A stretch of 64,000 nt of DNA from the NCBI GenBank assembly GCA_035437825.1, contig DAOMYX010000001.1, positions 38,986 through 102,985 of the forward strand. Reading direction: 5' to 3'. The notes below the pieces were generated by a model. The model searched no databases. It saw only the letters and a list, made by a program, of their open reading frames with translations, and was not told where the DNA came from. Both the position numbers and the translations under genes were made by a program. Of the stretch, positions 17,528-26,078 are shown in pieces; the first letter of the stretch is position 1, and each line of letters starts with the position of its first letter. This DNA comes from Alphaproteobacteria bacterium (GTDB lineage Bacteria > Pseudomonadota > Alphaproteobacteria > Micavibrionales > UBA2020).

Positions 17528-18667
17528 ATGCTGAGACGTTTTTTTGAATGGGTAAGCGGCAAGCCGCAGGAGTGGCTGGCCAAGCCGCGTCTGGTGCCCC
17601 CGCAATACCGCGAAGAGCCTGAGGACAGCGCCAACTGGGTGATGTCGCAGGAATATGCCGATTCCGATTACCGCAACCGCCGTTATTATCTGGCTGCCGT
17701 CAAAGACAGTCCGGATGATGATTACTGGCGCATGACGCTTGTTTCGCGCGACCTGAAACACGGTGATGAATATTACGAACTAAGCCGCCGCCAGATTGCG
17801 GATGACCCGTCCGAAGTCATTCACTATATGCAGCGTTTCGAAGAAAGCTGCCGCGAAAAAGATTTCATCGCGCTGCCGCAGTCGCGTGCGACCTACCGCA
17901 AATTTGCCAATAACTTTGGCCAGCATTTTGACGGCGAGGGGGAAAACTTCACCGTCGATACGGCAGAGCCAATTGCGCGCGAAGTTTTCATGACGCGCGA
18001 GAGCCTTGATAAGGTATTCCACAACGAAGCGGCCAAAAAGCCGGTGCTGGACAGCTGGGAAGCGATTTACGATTACATCGTCAACGGCCGCCCCGTAAAA
18101 ACCATAGATGTCGAAGAATTGTCGAAAGACAAGGCTTGGCCTGTTTTCGCGGGCGAGCTTGAAGACATGTCGGCCAAACTGCAAAAACTGCCGGATTATC
18201 TTGCCAGCGAAAGCCTTTCGCAGACGCAAAAAGAAAAAACCCTGCGCAATATGCTGGAATACGTTATTGCCGACCCCACACGTTTTGAAACCAGCGACAA
18301 AATGCGCCTTGCACAACATCTGGCGGATGCCAGTGTTCTGGTGGGTCTGCTGCGTGCGGGCGCGCGTTTGTATGACGAACAGTTCAGCGGCGGCGACCTA
18401 TCGCCGCAAAAACTGGCTTTCGTCGGCGCGGTTGGCAAGGTCTGTGCCGATTTCGCGGAATACCGTTTCGGCCTGAGCGAAGCGGAAGCAAAGCCGATTG
18501 CCAACGTTATCGCCAAGGGCGCTGACCCGAACGGGACGCAGTTGCCCGTCGAAAAAATCGTCGCGCAGTTTCCGGCCATGCCTGAAGCTTTGAAAAAAGC
18601 GGCTGAAATGGGCCGCCTGCCCGAAAGCCCGCCGAAAAAAGAGAAAAAAGATTCCCCCAAGCCTTAA
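17528..18667 (+). CDS. uncharacterised soluble acidic protein (379 aa), operon partner 3
   Basis: Starts 22 nt after the previous stop, with AAAGGGG upstream. No TM helix, signal peptide or known motif. Followed by a strong terminator. Confidence 0.65.
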   Translation: MLRRFFEWVSGKPQEWLAKPRLVPPQYREEPEDSANWVMSQEYADSDYRNRRYYLAAVKDSPDDDYWRMTLVSRDLKHGDEYYELSRRQIADDPSEVIHYMQRFEESCREKDFIALPQSRATYRKFANNFGQHFDGEGENFTVDTAEPIAREVFMTRESLDKVFHNEAAKKPVLDSWEAIYDYIVNGRPVKTIDVEELSKDKAWPVFAGELEDMSAKLQKLPDYLASESLSQTQKEKTLRNMLEYVIADPTRFETSDKMRLAQHLADASVLVGLLRAGARLYDEQFSGGDLSPQKLAFVGAVGKVCADFAEYRFGLSEAEAKPIANVIAKGADPNGTQLPVEKIVAQFPAMPEALKKAAEMGRLPESPPKKEKKDSPKP

Positions 18668-18686
18668 AGAAGGGCGATGAGGAAAT

Positions 18687-18722
18687 AAAAAATCCCGCCG
18701 GAGTATGGCGGGATTTTTTTTA
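18687..18722. terminator. bidirectional rho-independent terminator between convergent genes
   Basis: AAAAAATCCCGCC-GGAGTAT-GGCGGGATTTTTT, with an A-run on one side and a T-run on the other. Confidence 0.8.
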
Positions 18723-18748
18723 TGCCTTGTGAGATGCGCAAGGGGGGC

Positions 18749-21175
18749 TTAGTAAGCCTTACCGCCGCCTTCGCCTTCGCCGTAGGGAACCCAGACGTTT
18801 TTAATCTCGGTCGCGTAGCGCAGGAATTCCTCGCCCTCAGCCTGCGCACGGTCGAACCAGTCGCGGCGTTTGCCGTTGTTGACCCAGGTGCGCTTCAGGT
18901 TGCCGACCGAAGATTTTTCCACAAGCGCGCTGCCCGTGGTGTCGGAACCGAAATACCACAGCGCATCGACGTCGTCGTGCTCTGCCAGCGTTTTGGTCAG
19001 CTCCGCACGGTGGCCGGTCACGATGTTAATCGCGCCTGCGGGCACGTCCGACGTATCAAAAATCTGGTACAGGTCGGTCGCCAGCAGCGGGTATTTTTCC
19101 GACGGCACGATAACGCTGCGGCAGCCCATCGCCATGGCGGGGGCAAACAGCGATACGAAGCCGAGCAGCGGGTTTTCATCCGGGCAAACAATGCCCAGCG
19201 TGCCCACGGGCTCTTTCATCGCGACGGCGACGAAGCGGGCGGGCGGGTAGTGCACGTCGCCATCATATTTGTCGGCCCATGCGCCGTAGGTAAACAGGCG
19301 GCGGATGCTTTCGTCGACTTCCTTTTTCGCCTGCGCGGGCGTTGCGCCAGTCAGGTCAATCAGACGTTTTTTGAATTCGTCCGCGCGCGCCGACAGGTTT
19401 TCGGCGATGTAGTAAAGGATTTGCGCGCGCAGGTGATGCGCGGCTTTGCCCCAGCCTTCGGCTTTTTTGGCGGCTTCGACGGCGTTTCGGATATCCTTGC
19501 GGTTACCTTCGCCGACTTGTCCGGCCAGCTTGCCCTTGGCGTTCAGCACCGACAGGCTATAGGCGCCGTCAGGGCGTGCCTGTTTGCCGCCGATATACAG
19601 CTTCGCCGTGCGGTCGATGGCGTCGAGCCCTTCGATAGCTGCGACATGTTTCGCGGCGGAAAGGCCGGACTTGCTGTCTTTGTACACGGGCAGGTCTTCG
19701 GTGAAGGCGGGCTTCAGATAGGCATACATGCCTTCGCGGCCGCCTTCGCGGCCGAAGCCGGATTCGCGGTAGCCGCCGAAGCCGCAAGCGGCGTCGAACA
19801 TGTTGGTGGAGTTAATCCAGACCACGCCCGCTTTAATTTTTGGCGCGATGTCGAGGGCGAGGTTGATATTCTCGCTCCAGATGCTCGCGGCAAGGCCGTA
19901 GCGGGTGTTATTGGCCAGCTGCACGGCTTCTTCGGGCGTGCGGAAGGTCATGACGGTCACAACGGGGCCGAAGATTTCAACTTCGGCAACTGTCGAGGCT
20001 GTCTGTACATTGAGCAGCATAGTCGGCGGGTAGAAACAACCTTTGGTCGGGCAGGCGTCTTTTCCGGGCTGCACCAGCTCCGCGCCTTCCTTCACGCCCT
20101 GTTTCACAAGGCGGGTGATTTTCTGCAGCTGTTCGTCACTGGCAAGTGCGCCCATGTCGATAGCCTTGTCGAGCGGCGAGCCGACGCGCAGCTGCGCCAT
20201 GCGGCGTTTCAGCTTTTTAATCATTTTATCGGCGATGCCTTCCTGCAAAAGCAGGCGGGAACCGGCGCAGCAAACTTCGCCCTGATTAAGCCAGATGCCA
20301 TCGACCACGCCTTCAACCGCGCTGTCGAGGTCGGCGTTTTCAAAAACGATGGTTGGCGATTTGCCGCCCAGCTCCAGCGTCAGCGCCTTCGCGCTGCCCG
20401 CCGTCGATTGGCGGATGATGCGGCCCACGTCGGTCGAACCGGTGAAGGCGATTTTGGCGATGTCCGGATGCTTGGTGATTTCCGCACCCGTGGAGCCATC
20501 GCCCTGCACGATATTGATAACACCCGCAGGAATGCCCGCTTCAAGGCAGAGGTCGGCAAACAGCGCCGCCGTCAGCGGCGTGAATTCAGCCGGCTTCAGA
20601 ACGACGGTATTGCCAGCGGCCAGCGCAGGCGCAATTTTCCACGCCAGCATCAGGAAGGGGAAATTCCACGGAATAACCTGACCGACCACGCCATGTGCGG
20701 TATAGCCGGGGAATTCGGTATCAAGAATTTGTGCCCAGCCCGCATGGTGATAGAAATGACGCGCGGCGAGGCTGACGTCGATATCGCGGGTTTCACGAAT
20801 GGGCTTGCCGTTGTCCAGCGTTTCCAGCACCGCCAGCAGGCGCGAATTTTTCTGCACAAGACGGGCGAGGGCATAAAGGCATTTGGCGCGGCCGTGGCCG
20901 TCCATCGCCTGCCATTTTTTCAGCGCCGTCTTGGCGGCTTTCACCGCGGCATCCACATCGGTCTTGGTGCCGCAGGCGATTTTTGCCAGCTTGTCGCCGG
21001 TGGCGGGGTTCACGCTGTCGAACCATTTGGATTTGGACGGCACAGCCCATTTGCCATTGATGAAATGGCCGATGGTATTGTCTTTCTGCGCCAGCCATTC
21101 AAGGGCGGTCTTCTCGGTTTCGGGCGCGGGGCCGTATTCCATGCTGTCGAAAATTTCTGCAACTTTTGCGGACAT
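18749..21175 (-). CDS. aldehyde dehydrogenase fused to a second, truncated ALDH-like domain (808 aa)
   Basis: The first about 500 aa carry VIPWNFP, ELGGKSP, NQGEVCCAGSR and EIFGPV. The last about 300 aa repeat an ALDH N-half pattern (GTLGIVCPDENPLL...) without ELGGK or the catalytic Cys. Confidence 0.8.
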   Translation of the reverse strand: MSAKVAEIFDSMEYGPAPETEKTALEWLAQKDNTIGHFINGKWAVPSKSKWFDSVNPATGDKLAKIACGTKTDVDAAVKAAKTALKKWQAMDGHGRAKCLYALARLVQKNSRLLAVLETLDNGKPIRETRDIDVSLAARHFYHHAGWAQILDTEFPGYTAHGVVGQVIPWNFPFLMLAWKIAPALAAGNTVVLKPAEFTPLTAALFADLCLEAGIPAGVINIVQGDGSTGAEITKHPDIAKIAFTGSTDVGRIIRQSTAGSAKALTLELGGKSPTIVFENADLDSAVEGVVDGIWLNQGEVCCAGSRLLLQEGIADKMIKKLKRRMAQLRVGSPLDKAIDMGALASDEQLQKITRLVKQGVKEGAELVQPGKDACPTKGCFYPPTMLLNVQTASTVAEVEIFGPVVTVMTFRTPEEAVQLANNTRYGLAASIWSENINLALDIAPKIKAGVVWINSTNMFDAACGFGGYRESGFGREGGREGMYAYLKPAFTEDLPVYKDSKSGLSAAKHVAAIEGLDAIDRTAKLYIGGKQARPDGAYSLSVLNAKGKLAGQVGEGNRKDIRNAVEAAKKAEGWGKAAHHLRAQILYYIAENLSARADEFKKRLIDLTGATPAQAKKEVDESIRRLFTYGAWADKYDGDVHYPPARFVAVAMKEPVGTLGIVCPDENPLLGFVSLFAPAMAMGCRSVIVPSEKYPLLATDLYQIFDTSDVPAGAINIVTGHRAELTKTLAEHDDVDALWYFGSDTTGSALVEKSSVGNLKRTWVNNGKRRDWFDRAQAEGEEFLRYATEIKNVWVPYGEGEGGGKAY

Positions 21176-21187
21176 GTGTATAGCTCC

Positions 21188-22234
21188 TTAACCCATCGGG
21201 TGGCGGTTGTTGGCGGAATAGCGGCCGGTGACGTAATGTTCCAGCTGGCGTTCGATATCGCCGAGCAGGGACGAGGCGCCGACGCGGAACAGGTCAGGCT
21301 CCAGCCATGCGTTGCCAAGCTCTTCCTTCATCAGGAACTGGTAATTCATGATGTCCTTGGCGGTCGAAATGCCACCGGCGGGTTTGTAGGCGATTTTGTA
21401 TCCGGTCTGCTCTTCAAACTCGCGTATCATGCGTATCATGATGAGCGAAACGTTGAGGTTCGCGTTCACGTTTTCCTTGCCGGTGGAGGTCTTGATAAAG
21501 TCGGAGCCTGCCATCATGGCGACCAGCGACGCTTTGGCAACGTTGCGCAGCGTAGCCAGCTCCCCCGTTGCCAGAATGGATTTCAAACGTGCATCGCCGC
21601 AGGCTTCGCGCATTTGTTTGACTTCGTCGTAAAGCGCCTGCCAGTTGCCCGTCAGCACATGGCCGCGGGTGATGACGATGTCGATTTCCTTCGCGCCCGC
21701 CGCGACGGAAGCGCGGATTTCAGCGAGGCGCTGTTTCAGCGGCGACATGCCATGCGGAAAGCCTGCCGATACGGCGGCGACGGGAACGCCGGAGCCTTCC
21801 AGTTCGCGCACGGCGGTTTCGACCATTTCGTGATACACGCAAACCGCGCCCGTCGTCAGGTGGCGGTCAGCCACGCCGAGGGATTCGGCGATGTCGTCGC
21901 GCAGGGGCTTTTTGGCCTTGGCGCACAAACGCTTGACGCGGCCCGGCGTGTCGTCGCCGTTCAGGGTCGTAAGGTCGATGCAGGTGAGGGCCTTGAGCAG
22001 CCAGGCGGCCTGCCACTGCTTTTTGACCGTACGGCGGCCGAGCAGGGTGGCGGTGCGGCGCTCCACGGCGCTGAAGTTTACCTCGACGCCCTCCAGCCAC
22101 TCCAGATTAAGCTCAAAGCCCGGATTGCGGGCATGGCCTGCGCCTTTATTGGCGGGGGCGGGCAATTTAACAGGCAGGTTGCTGACTGGCGCAGCCGTAT
22201 CGGCTGCGGTCATGTGCGGGCGGGCTTTCGCCAT
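21188..22234 (-). CDS. deoC: deoxyribose-phosphate aldolase (long form)
   Basis: ORF 21188..22327; I prefer ATG 22234 (MAKARPH). CIDLTTLNGDDT, GAVCVYH, DFIKTSTGK and KPAGGIS motifs. Confidence 0.8.
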   Translation of the reverse strand: MAKARPHMTAADTAAPVSNLPVKLPAPANKGAGHARNPGFELNLEWLEGVEVNFSAVERRTATLLGRRTVKKQWQAAWLLKALTCIDLTTLNGDDTPGRVKRLCAKAKKPLRDDIAESLGVADRHLTTGAVCVYHEMVETAVRELEGSGVPVAAVSAGFPHGMSPLKQRLAEIRASVAAGAKEIDIVITRGHVLTGNWQALYDEVKQMREACGDARLKSILATGELATLRNVAKASLVAMMAGSDFIKTSTGKENVNANLNVSLIMIRMIREFEEQTGYKIAYKPAGGISTAKDIMNYQFLMKEELGNAWLEPDLFRVGASSLLGDIERQLEHYVTGRYSANNRHPMG

Positions 22235-22350
22235 GGGATACCTCGTCCTCATAAATATGAAATTATGCTTTAAATTACATTGAAAACAGCGTATGAGCAA
22301 TGAGCGATAAGCATAAGAAACACGCACAATAAAGACAAAACCGCAATATT

Positions 22351-23652
22351 ATGGAATTTAAAGATCTCGGACTGAGCGAAGGCATCCTGAAAGCTGTGGA
22401 AGAAATCGGCTATAAAGAGCCGACTCCCATTCAGGCGCAAGCTATCCCCGCCATTCAAATGTGCCGCGACGTTCTCGGTCTCGCACAGACAGGGACGGGT
22501 AAGACCGCCGCGTTCACCATTCCGATGATTGACGCGCTGGCCGGTGGCCGCGCGAAGGCGCGCATGCCGCGCTCGCTCATCCTCAGCCCCACGCGCGAAC
22601 TGGCGGCACAGATTTCCGAGAACTTCGTCAAGTACGGCAAATATCACTCGCAGCTCAGCATGGCGCTTATCGTCGGCGGTACGTCGATGGACGAACAGGT
22701 GCGCAATCTGGAGCGCGGCGTGGACGTTTTGATTGCAACGCCCGGCCGTTTGCTTGACCTGTTCGAGCGCGGCAAAATTTTGCTCGCCGATATCAAAATT
22801 CTTGTGATTGACGAAGCCGACCGCATGATGGATATGGGCTTCATTCCCGACCTTGAAAAAATCGTGTCGCTGCTGCCGCCTATGCGCCAGACGCTGTTTT
22901 TCTCCGCGACCATGCCAGGGCCGATTAAAAAGCTGGCGGATAAATACCTCAGCAACCCCAAGACAATCACGGTATCGCCGCCGTCTTCGACCTCTGCGAA
23001 TGTTGAACAATATCTGGTCAACGTCACGCACCCGCGCGCAAAAACCGCGACGTTTATAAAATTGTATGAACAGGAAGACGTCAAAAACGCTTTCGTGTTT
23101 TGCAACCGCAAGCGCGACATCGATGAAGTATGCCGCTTTATCAAATCGCGCCATATTTCCTGTGCCGCGCTGCATGGCGATATGGAGCAGGATGAACGCA
23201 CCGCCGCGCTCAACAAATTCAAGGCCGCCGAAGTGCAAGTGCTGGTATGCAGCGACGTTGCCGCGCGCGGTCTGGATATTCAGGGCATGTCGCACGTCTT
23301 TAACTGGGACGTCCCGTTCAATTCCGAAGATTACGTTCACCGCATCGGCCGCACCGGCCGCGCGGGGGCGAAAGGCCGCGCTTTCACCATGGTGCTGCCC
23401 AGCGATGAAAAAGCGCTCGGCAATATCCACAAGCTGATTGGCAAGAAAATCGACGTGCTGGAAACGGCAGGGGCGACGCCCACCGAAGCGCCCGTACCGG
23501 CGCCGTCTGTGCAGCAAAAGGCGCGGCACCATAACCGCGACCAGAAGCAGAACCATCGTCACCGCCGCGCACCCGAAGACCTCGACGACCAGGTCGATGT
23601 GAACAACGGCAGCTTCGGCAACGATATTCCGTCATTTTTGCAGAAAAAATAA
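22351..23652 (+). CDS. rhlE: DEAD-box ATP-dependent RNA helicase
   Basis: AQTGTGKT, PTRELA, VIDEADRM, SAT, HRIGRTGRAG. Confidence 0.9.
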   Translation: MEFKDLGLSEGILKAVEEIGYKEPTPIQAQAIPAIQMCRDVLGLAQTGTGKTAAFTIPMIDALAGGRAKARMPRSLILSPTRELAAQISENFVKYGKYHSQLSMALIVGGTSMDEQVRNLERGVDVLIATPGRLLDLFERGKILLADIKILVIDEADRMMDMGFIPDLEKIVSLLPPMRQTLFFSATMPGPIKKLADKYLSNPKTITVSPPSSTSANVEQYLVNVTHPRAKTATFIKLYEQEDVKNAFVFCNRKRDIDEVCRFIKSRHISCAALHGDMEQDERTAALNKFKAAEVQVLVCSDVAARGLDIQGMSHVFNWDVPFNSEDYVHRIGRTGRAGAKGRAFTMVLPSDEKALGNIHKLIGKKIDVLETAGATPTEAPVPAPSVQQKARHHNRDQKQNHRHRRAPEDLDDQVDVNNGSFGNDIPSFLQKK

Positions 23653-23783
23653 GCATCCGCGTGCTTTGTGCCCGCCTTGCGTCTTTTGTCGCAAAGACAT
23701 GGCGCAAGCGTTGACATGTATCTGATTTTTCTCAATAATCATAAAAACATTCGTTCACGCCTTCATCGCGGGATTCCATCTGG

Positions 23784-26045
23784 GTGACATTTTGGCAGGC
23801 ACATAAAAAACGGCAGCACGCGCGCACATCTGGGCGGGCGCTGGCCATGACGTTTGCCCTGCTGCTGCTGTCGGGCACGGCGCTTTGTTTTGCGCCCGAG
23901 GCGGCATTCGCGCGCCCGCTGGATTTCAACGACGACCAGCCCGTCAACATCGCGGCCAAAGAATTGACGCACGACGAAACCGGCCAGACCGTCACCGCCA
24001 CTGGCGATGTGGAACTGGTGCAGGGCGGAAAAATTCTGCGCGCGGATAAAATTGTTTATAACCTTTCGACGGATGTGGTCTCGGCGCTCGGCAATGTCGC
24101 GCTGCTGGATGAAAACGGCGACGTGCATTCTGCCGAATATGTCGAGCTGTCGGGCGATTTGAAACAGGGCTATGTGCAGGGGCTTTTGTCCATGCTGTCC
24201 GATGGTTCGCGCTTTGCCGCTGTCGAAGCGCGGCGCGAAGACGGCCGCCGCACGACCATGACCGAAGGAAGCTATACGCCCTGCAAAGTCTGCGAAGAAA
24301 AGCCGAACCCCGTCTGGCAAATCAAGGCCGACAAAATAGAACACGACCAGGAAAACAAAAGCGTCAAATATAAAAACGCGCGCCTTGAAATACTCGGCGT
24401 GCCGCTGGCTTTTGCGCCGATTTTCTCGCATGCAGACCCGTCAGTCGAGCGCAAAAGCGGATTTCTGCGCCCTGATTACGGCTGGAGCAACGACGTCGGT
24501 ACCTTTGTCGAAGGCGGCTATTATTTTGGCGATATTTCGCCCGACATCGACGCGACGCTGCGTGTGCGGCCGACGACACGCGCCGGCATCCTGACGATGG
24601 GGCAGTGGCGCCAGCGTTTTGAATCCGGCAAGTTGCAAATCGACGGCAGCGGCGTCGTATCGGACCGCCGCGAAGAAGACGGGCGCGTGGAAGAAGACCG
24701 CAAGCGCGGCCATATTTTCGCCACCGGACTTTACGACATCGACGACAAATGGCGCGCGGGTTTGAATATCGAGCGCGCGTCAGACAAAGGCTATCTGCGC
24801 CTCTATGACATCTCGCGCGAGAACGTGCTTGAGAACGAAGTCTATGCGGAGCGTTTCGCCGGCCGCAACTATACGCGCGTGAGTGCTATGAATTTTCAGG
24901 ACGTGCGCCTTGGCATCCGTCCCGACCAGCCAGATATTTTGCCGATGGCCGAACACCGCATGTACGGGGAGCCGTCAAGCTCCCTCGGCGGACGCTGGAC
25001 GGCGGGCGTGTCGGCGTTGGCGCTGCACCGTGACGATGACGGGCAGAATATGCAGCGTGCCTCCGCCGATATCGGCTGGCAGCGCCGCGATGTGATGCCG
25101 GTCGGCCTTGTGTTGCAAACGGACTTGTCCGCGCGCGGTGATTTTTACGCGCTGCAGGACCGCGATGCGGCGGTGTTGAACCCGGGACTGGATCCCGATT
25201 CAAACCGTGGCCGCGCCATGGCGGTTGCGGGTGTGACGGCCAGCTATCCGCTGGTCAAACGCTTTGAAAAATCGCAAGTGGTGATTGAACCGATTTTCGG
25301 CGCCAGCCTCAGCCCGCAGGTTGATGATGATGACGATGGGATTGCGAACGAAGACAGCATTGACATCCAGCTCGATACCAGCAACCTTTTTGCACATAAC
25401 CGCTTCCCCGGCATTGACGGACAGGAAGACGGCGCGCGCATGAACTACGGCCTGCGCACGGGCGTTTACGGCGACAATGGCCGCTATGCCAAAGTGTTTG
25501 TCGGGCAGAGTTACCGTTTCGACGACGACGATATTTTCCCGCAAGGGTCGGGACTTGAAGACAATTCATCCGACGTCGTCGGCCAAATCAACCTTGGTCT
25601 GTCGCGTTATCTGCGCGCGGATTACCGTTTCCAGCTCGACAACCGCCACCTGACGATGCGCCGTCATGAACTGCTGGCCAATGGCGGCAACGACAAATTC
25701 AGCATGCACGCCGGTTATATCTATTTCGACGGCGTTGCGGGCACGGGCTTTACTGAATCGCGGGAACAATTGCAGCTGGAAGGCGTTTATCACCTGACCG
25801 AATTCTGGTCGGTCAATGCCTATACCCTGACTGACCTTGGCGAAGAGCCGGGCTTGCGCAAGGCTTCCGCCGGTGTCACATACGAAGACGAATGCTTTAC
25901 GTTTTCGCTGCAAGGCTCGCGCAACCTCATCAACGAGGCATCGGGCGAAAACGGCACGGTGCTGATGGCACGCATCGGCTTTAAAAATATCGGGGAAGTC
26001 AGCAGCCCCAAAATCCAGCTGCACAGCGCGGAAGAAAACCAATGA
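23784..26045 (+). CDS. lptD: LPS-assembly outer-membrane protein LptD
   Basis: OstA-like N-domain (ITADELTHDE-type region, VELVQGGKILRADKIVYN) and a long beta-barrel. The start may be ATG 23848 (MTFALLLLSGTALCFAPEAAFA). Confidence 0.8.
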   Translation: MTFWQAHKKRQHARTSGRALAMTFALLLLSGTALCFAPEAAFARPLDFNDDQPVNIAAKELTHDETGQTVTATGDVELVQGGKILRADKIVYNLSTDVVSALGNVALLDENGDVHSAEYVELSGDLKQGYVQGLLSMLSDGSRFAAVEARREDGRRTTMTEGSYTPCKVCEEKPNPVWQIKADKIEHDQENKSVKYKNARLEILGVPLAFAPIFSHADPSVERKSGFLRPDYGWSNDVGTFVEGGYYFGDISPDIDATLRVRPTTRAGILTMGQWRQRFESGKLQIDGSGVVSDRREEDGRVEEDRKRGHIFATGLYDIDDKWRAGLNIERASDKGYLRLYDISRENVLENEVYAERFAGRNYTRVSAMNFQDVRLGIRPDQPDILPMAEHRMYGEPSSSLGGRWTAGVSALALHRDDDGQNMQRASADIGWQRRDVMPVGLVLQTDLSARGDFYALQDRDAAVLNPGLDPDSNRGRAMAVAGVTASYPLVKRFEKSQVVIEPIFGASLSPQVDDDDDGIANEDSIDIQLDTSNLFAHNRFPGIDGQEDGARMNYGLRTGVYGDNGRYAKVFVGQSYRFDDDDIFPQGSGLEDNSSDVVGQINLGLSRYLRADYRFQLDNRHLTMRRHELLANGGNDKFSMHAGYIYFDGVAGTGFTESREQLQLEGVYHLTEFWSVNAYTLTDLGEEPGLRKASAGVTYEDECFTFSLQGSRNLINEASGENGTVLMARIGFKNIGEVSSPKIQLHSAEENQ

Positions 26046-26078
26046 AAACCGGCTGTTTGAAAATACAGGAGACCCGTC

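Noticed and set aside
12171-17634. Long minus-strand ORFs (450, 567 and 401 aa) opposite the nucleotidyltransferase, the TelA-like gene and partner 2. If real, they would change the whole interpretation of the accessory block.
   Set aside because: The plus-strand frames have recognisable motifs (GS...DxD, TelA blocks), SD sequences at sensible spacing, balanced Lys/Glu/Asp content and GC-rich third positions. The minus-strand frames are Arg/Ala/Phe/Gly-rich with no SD or motifs.
18722-22273. A 1183-aa open reading frame on the plus strand spanning two genes.
   Set aside because: It runs exactly antisense to the well-supported ALDH and deoC genes. Its composition is typical of a shadow frame: rich in Arg/Ala/Gly/Val/Phe, low in Lys/Glu/Asn, with no motifs. 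It also bridges an intergenic gap. Long antisense ORFs are expected in GC-rich DNA because stop codons are rare in that frame.
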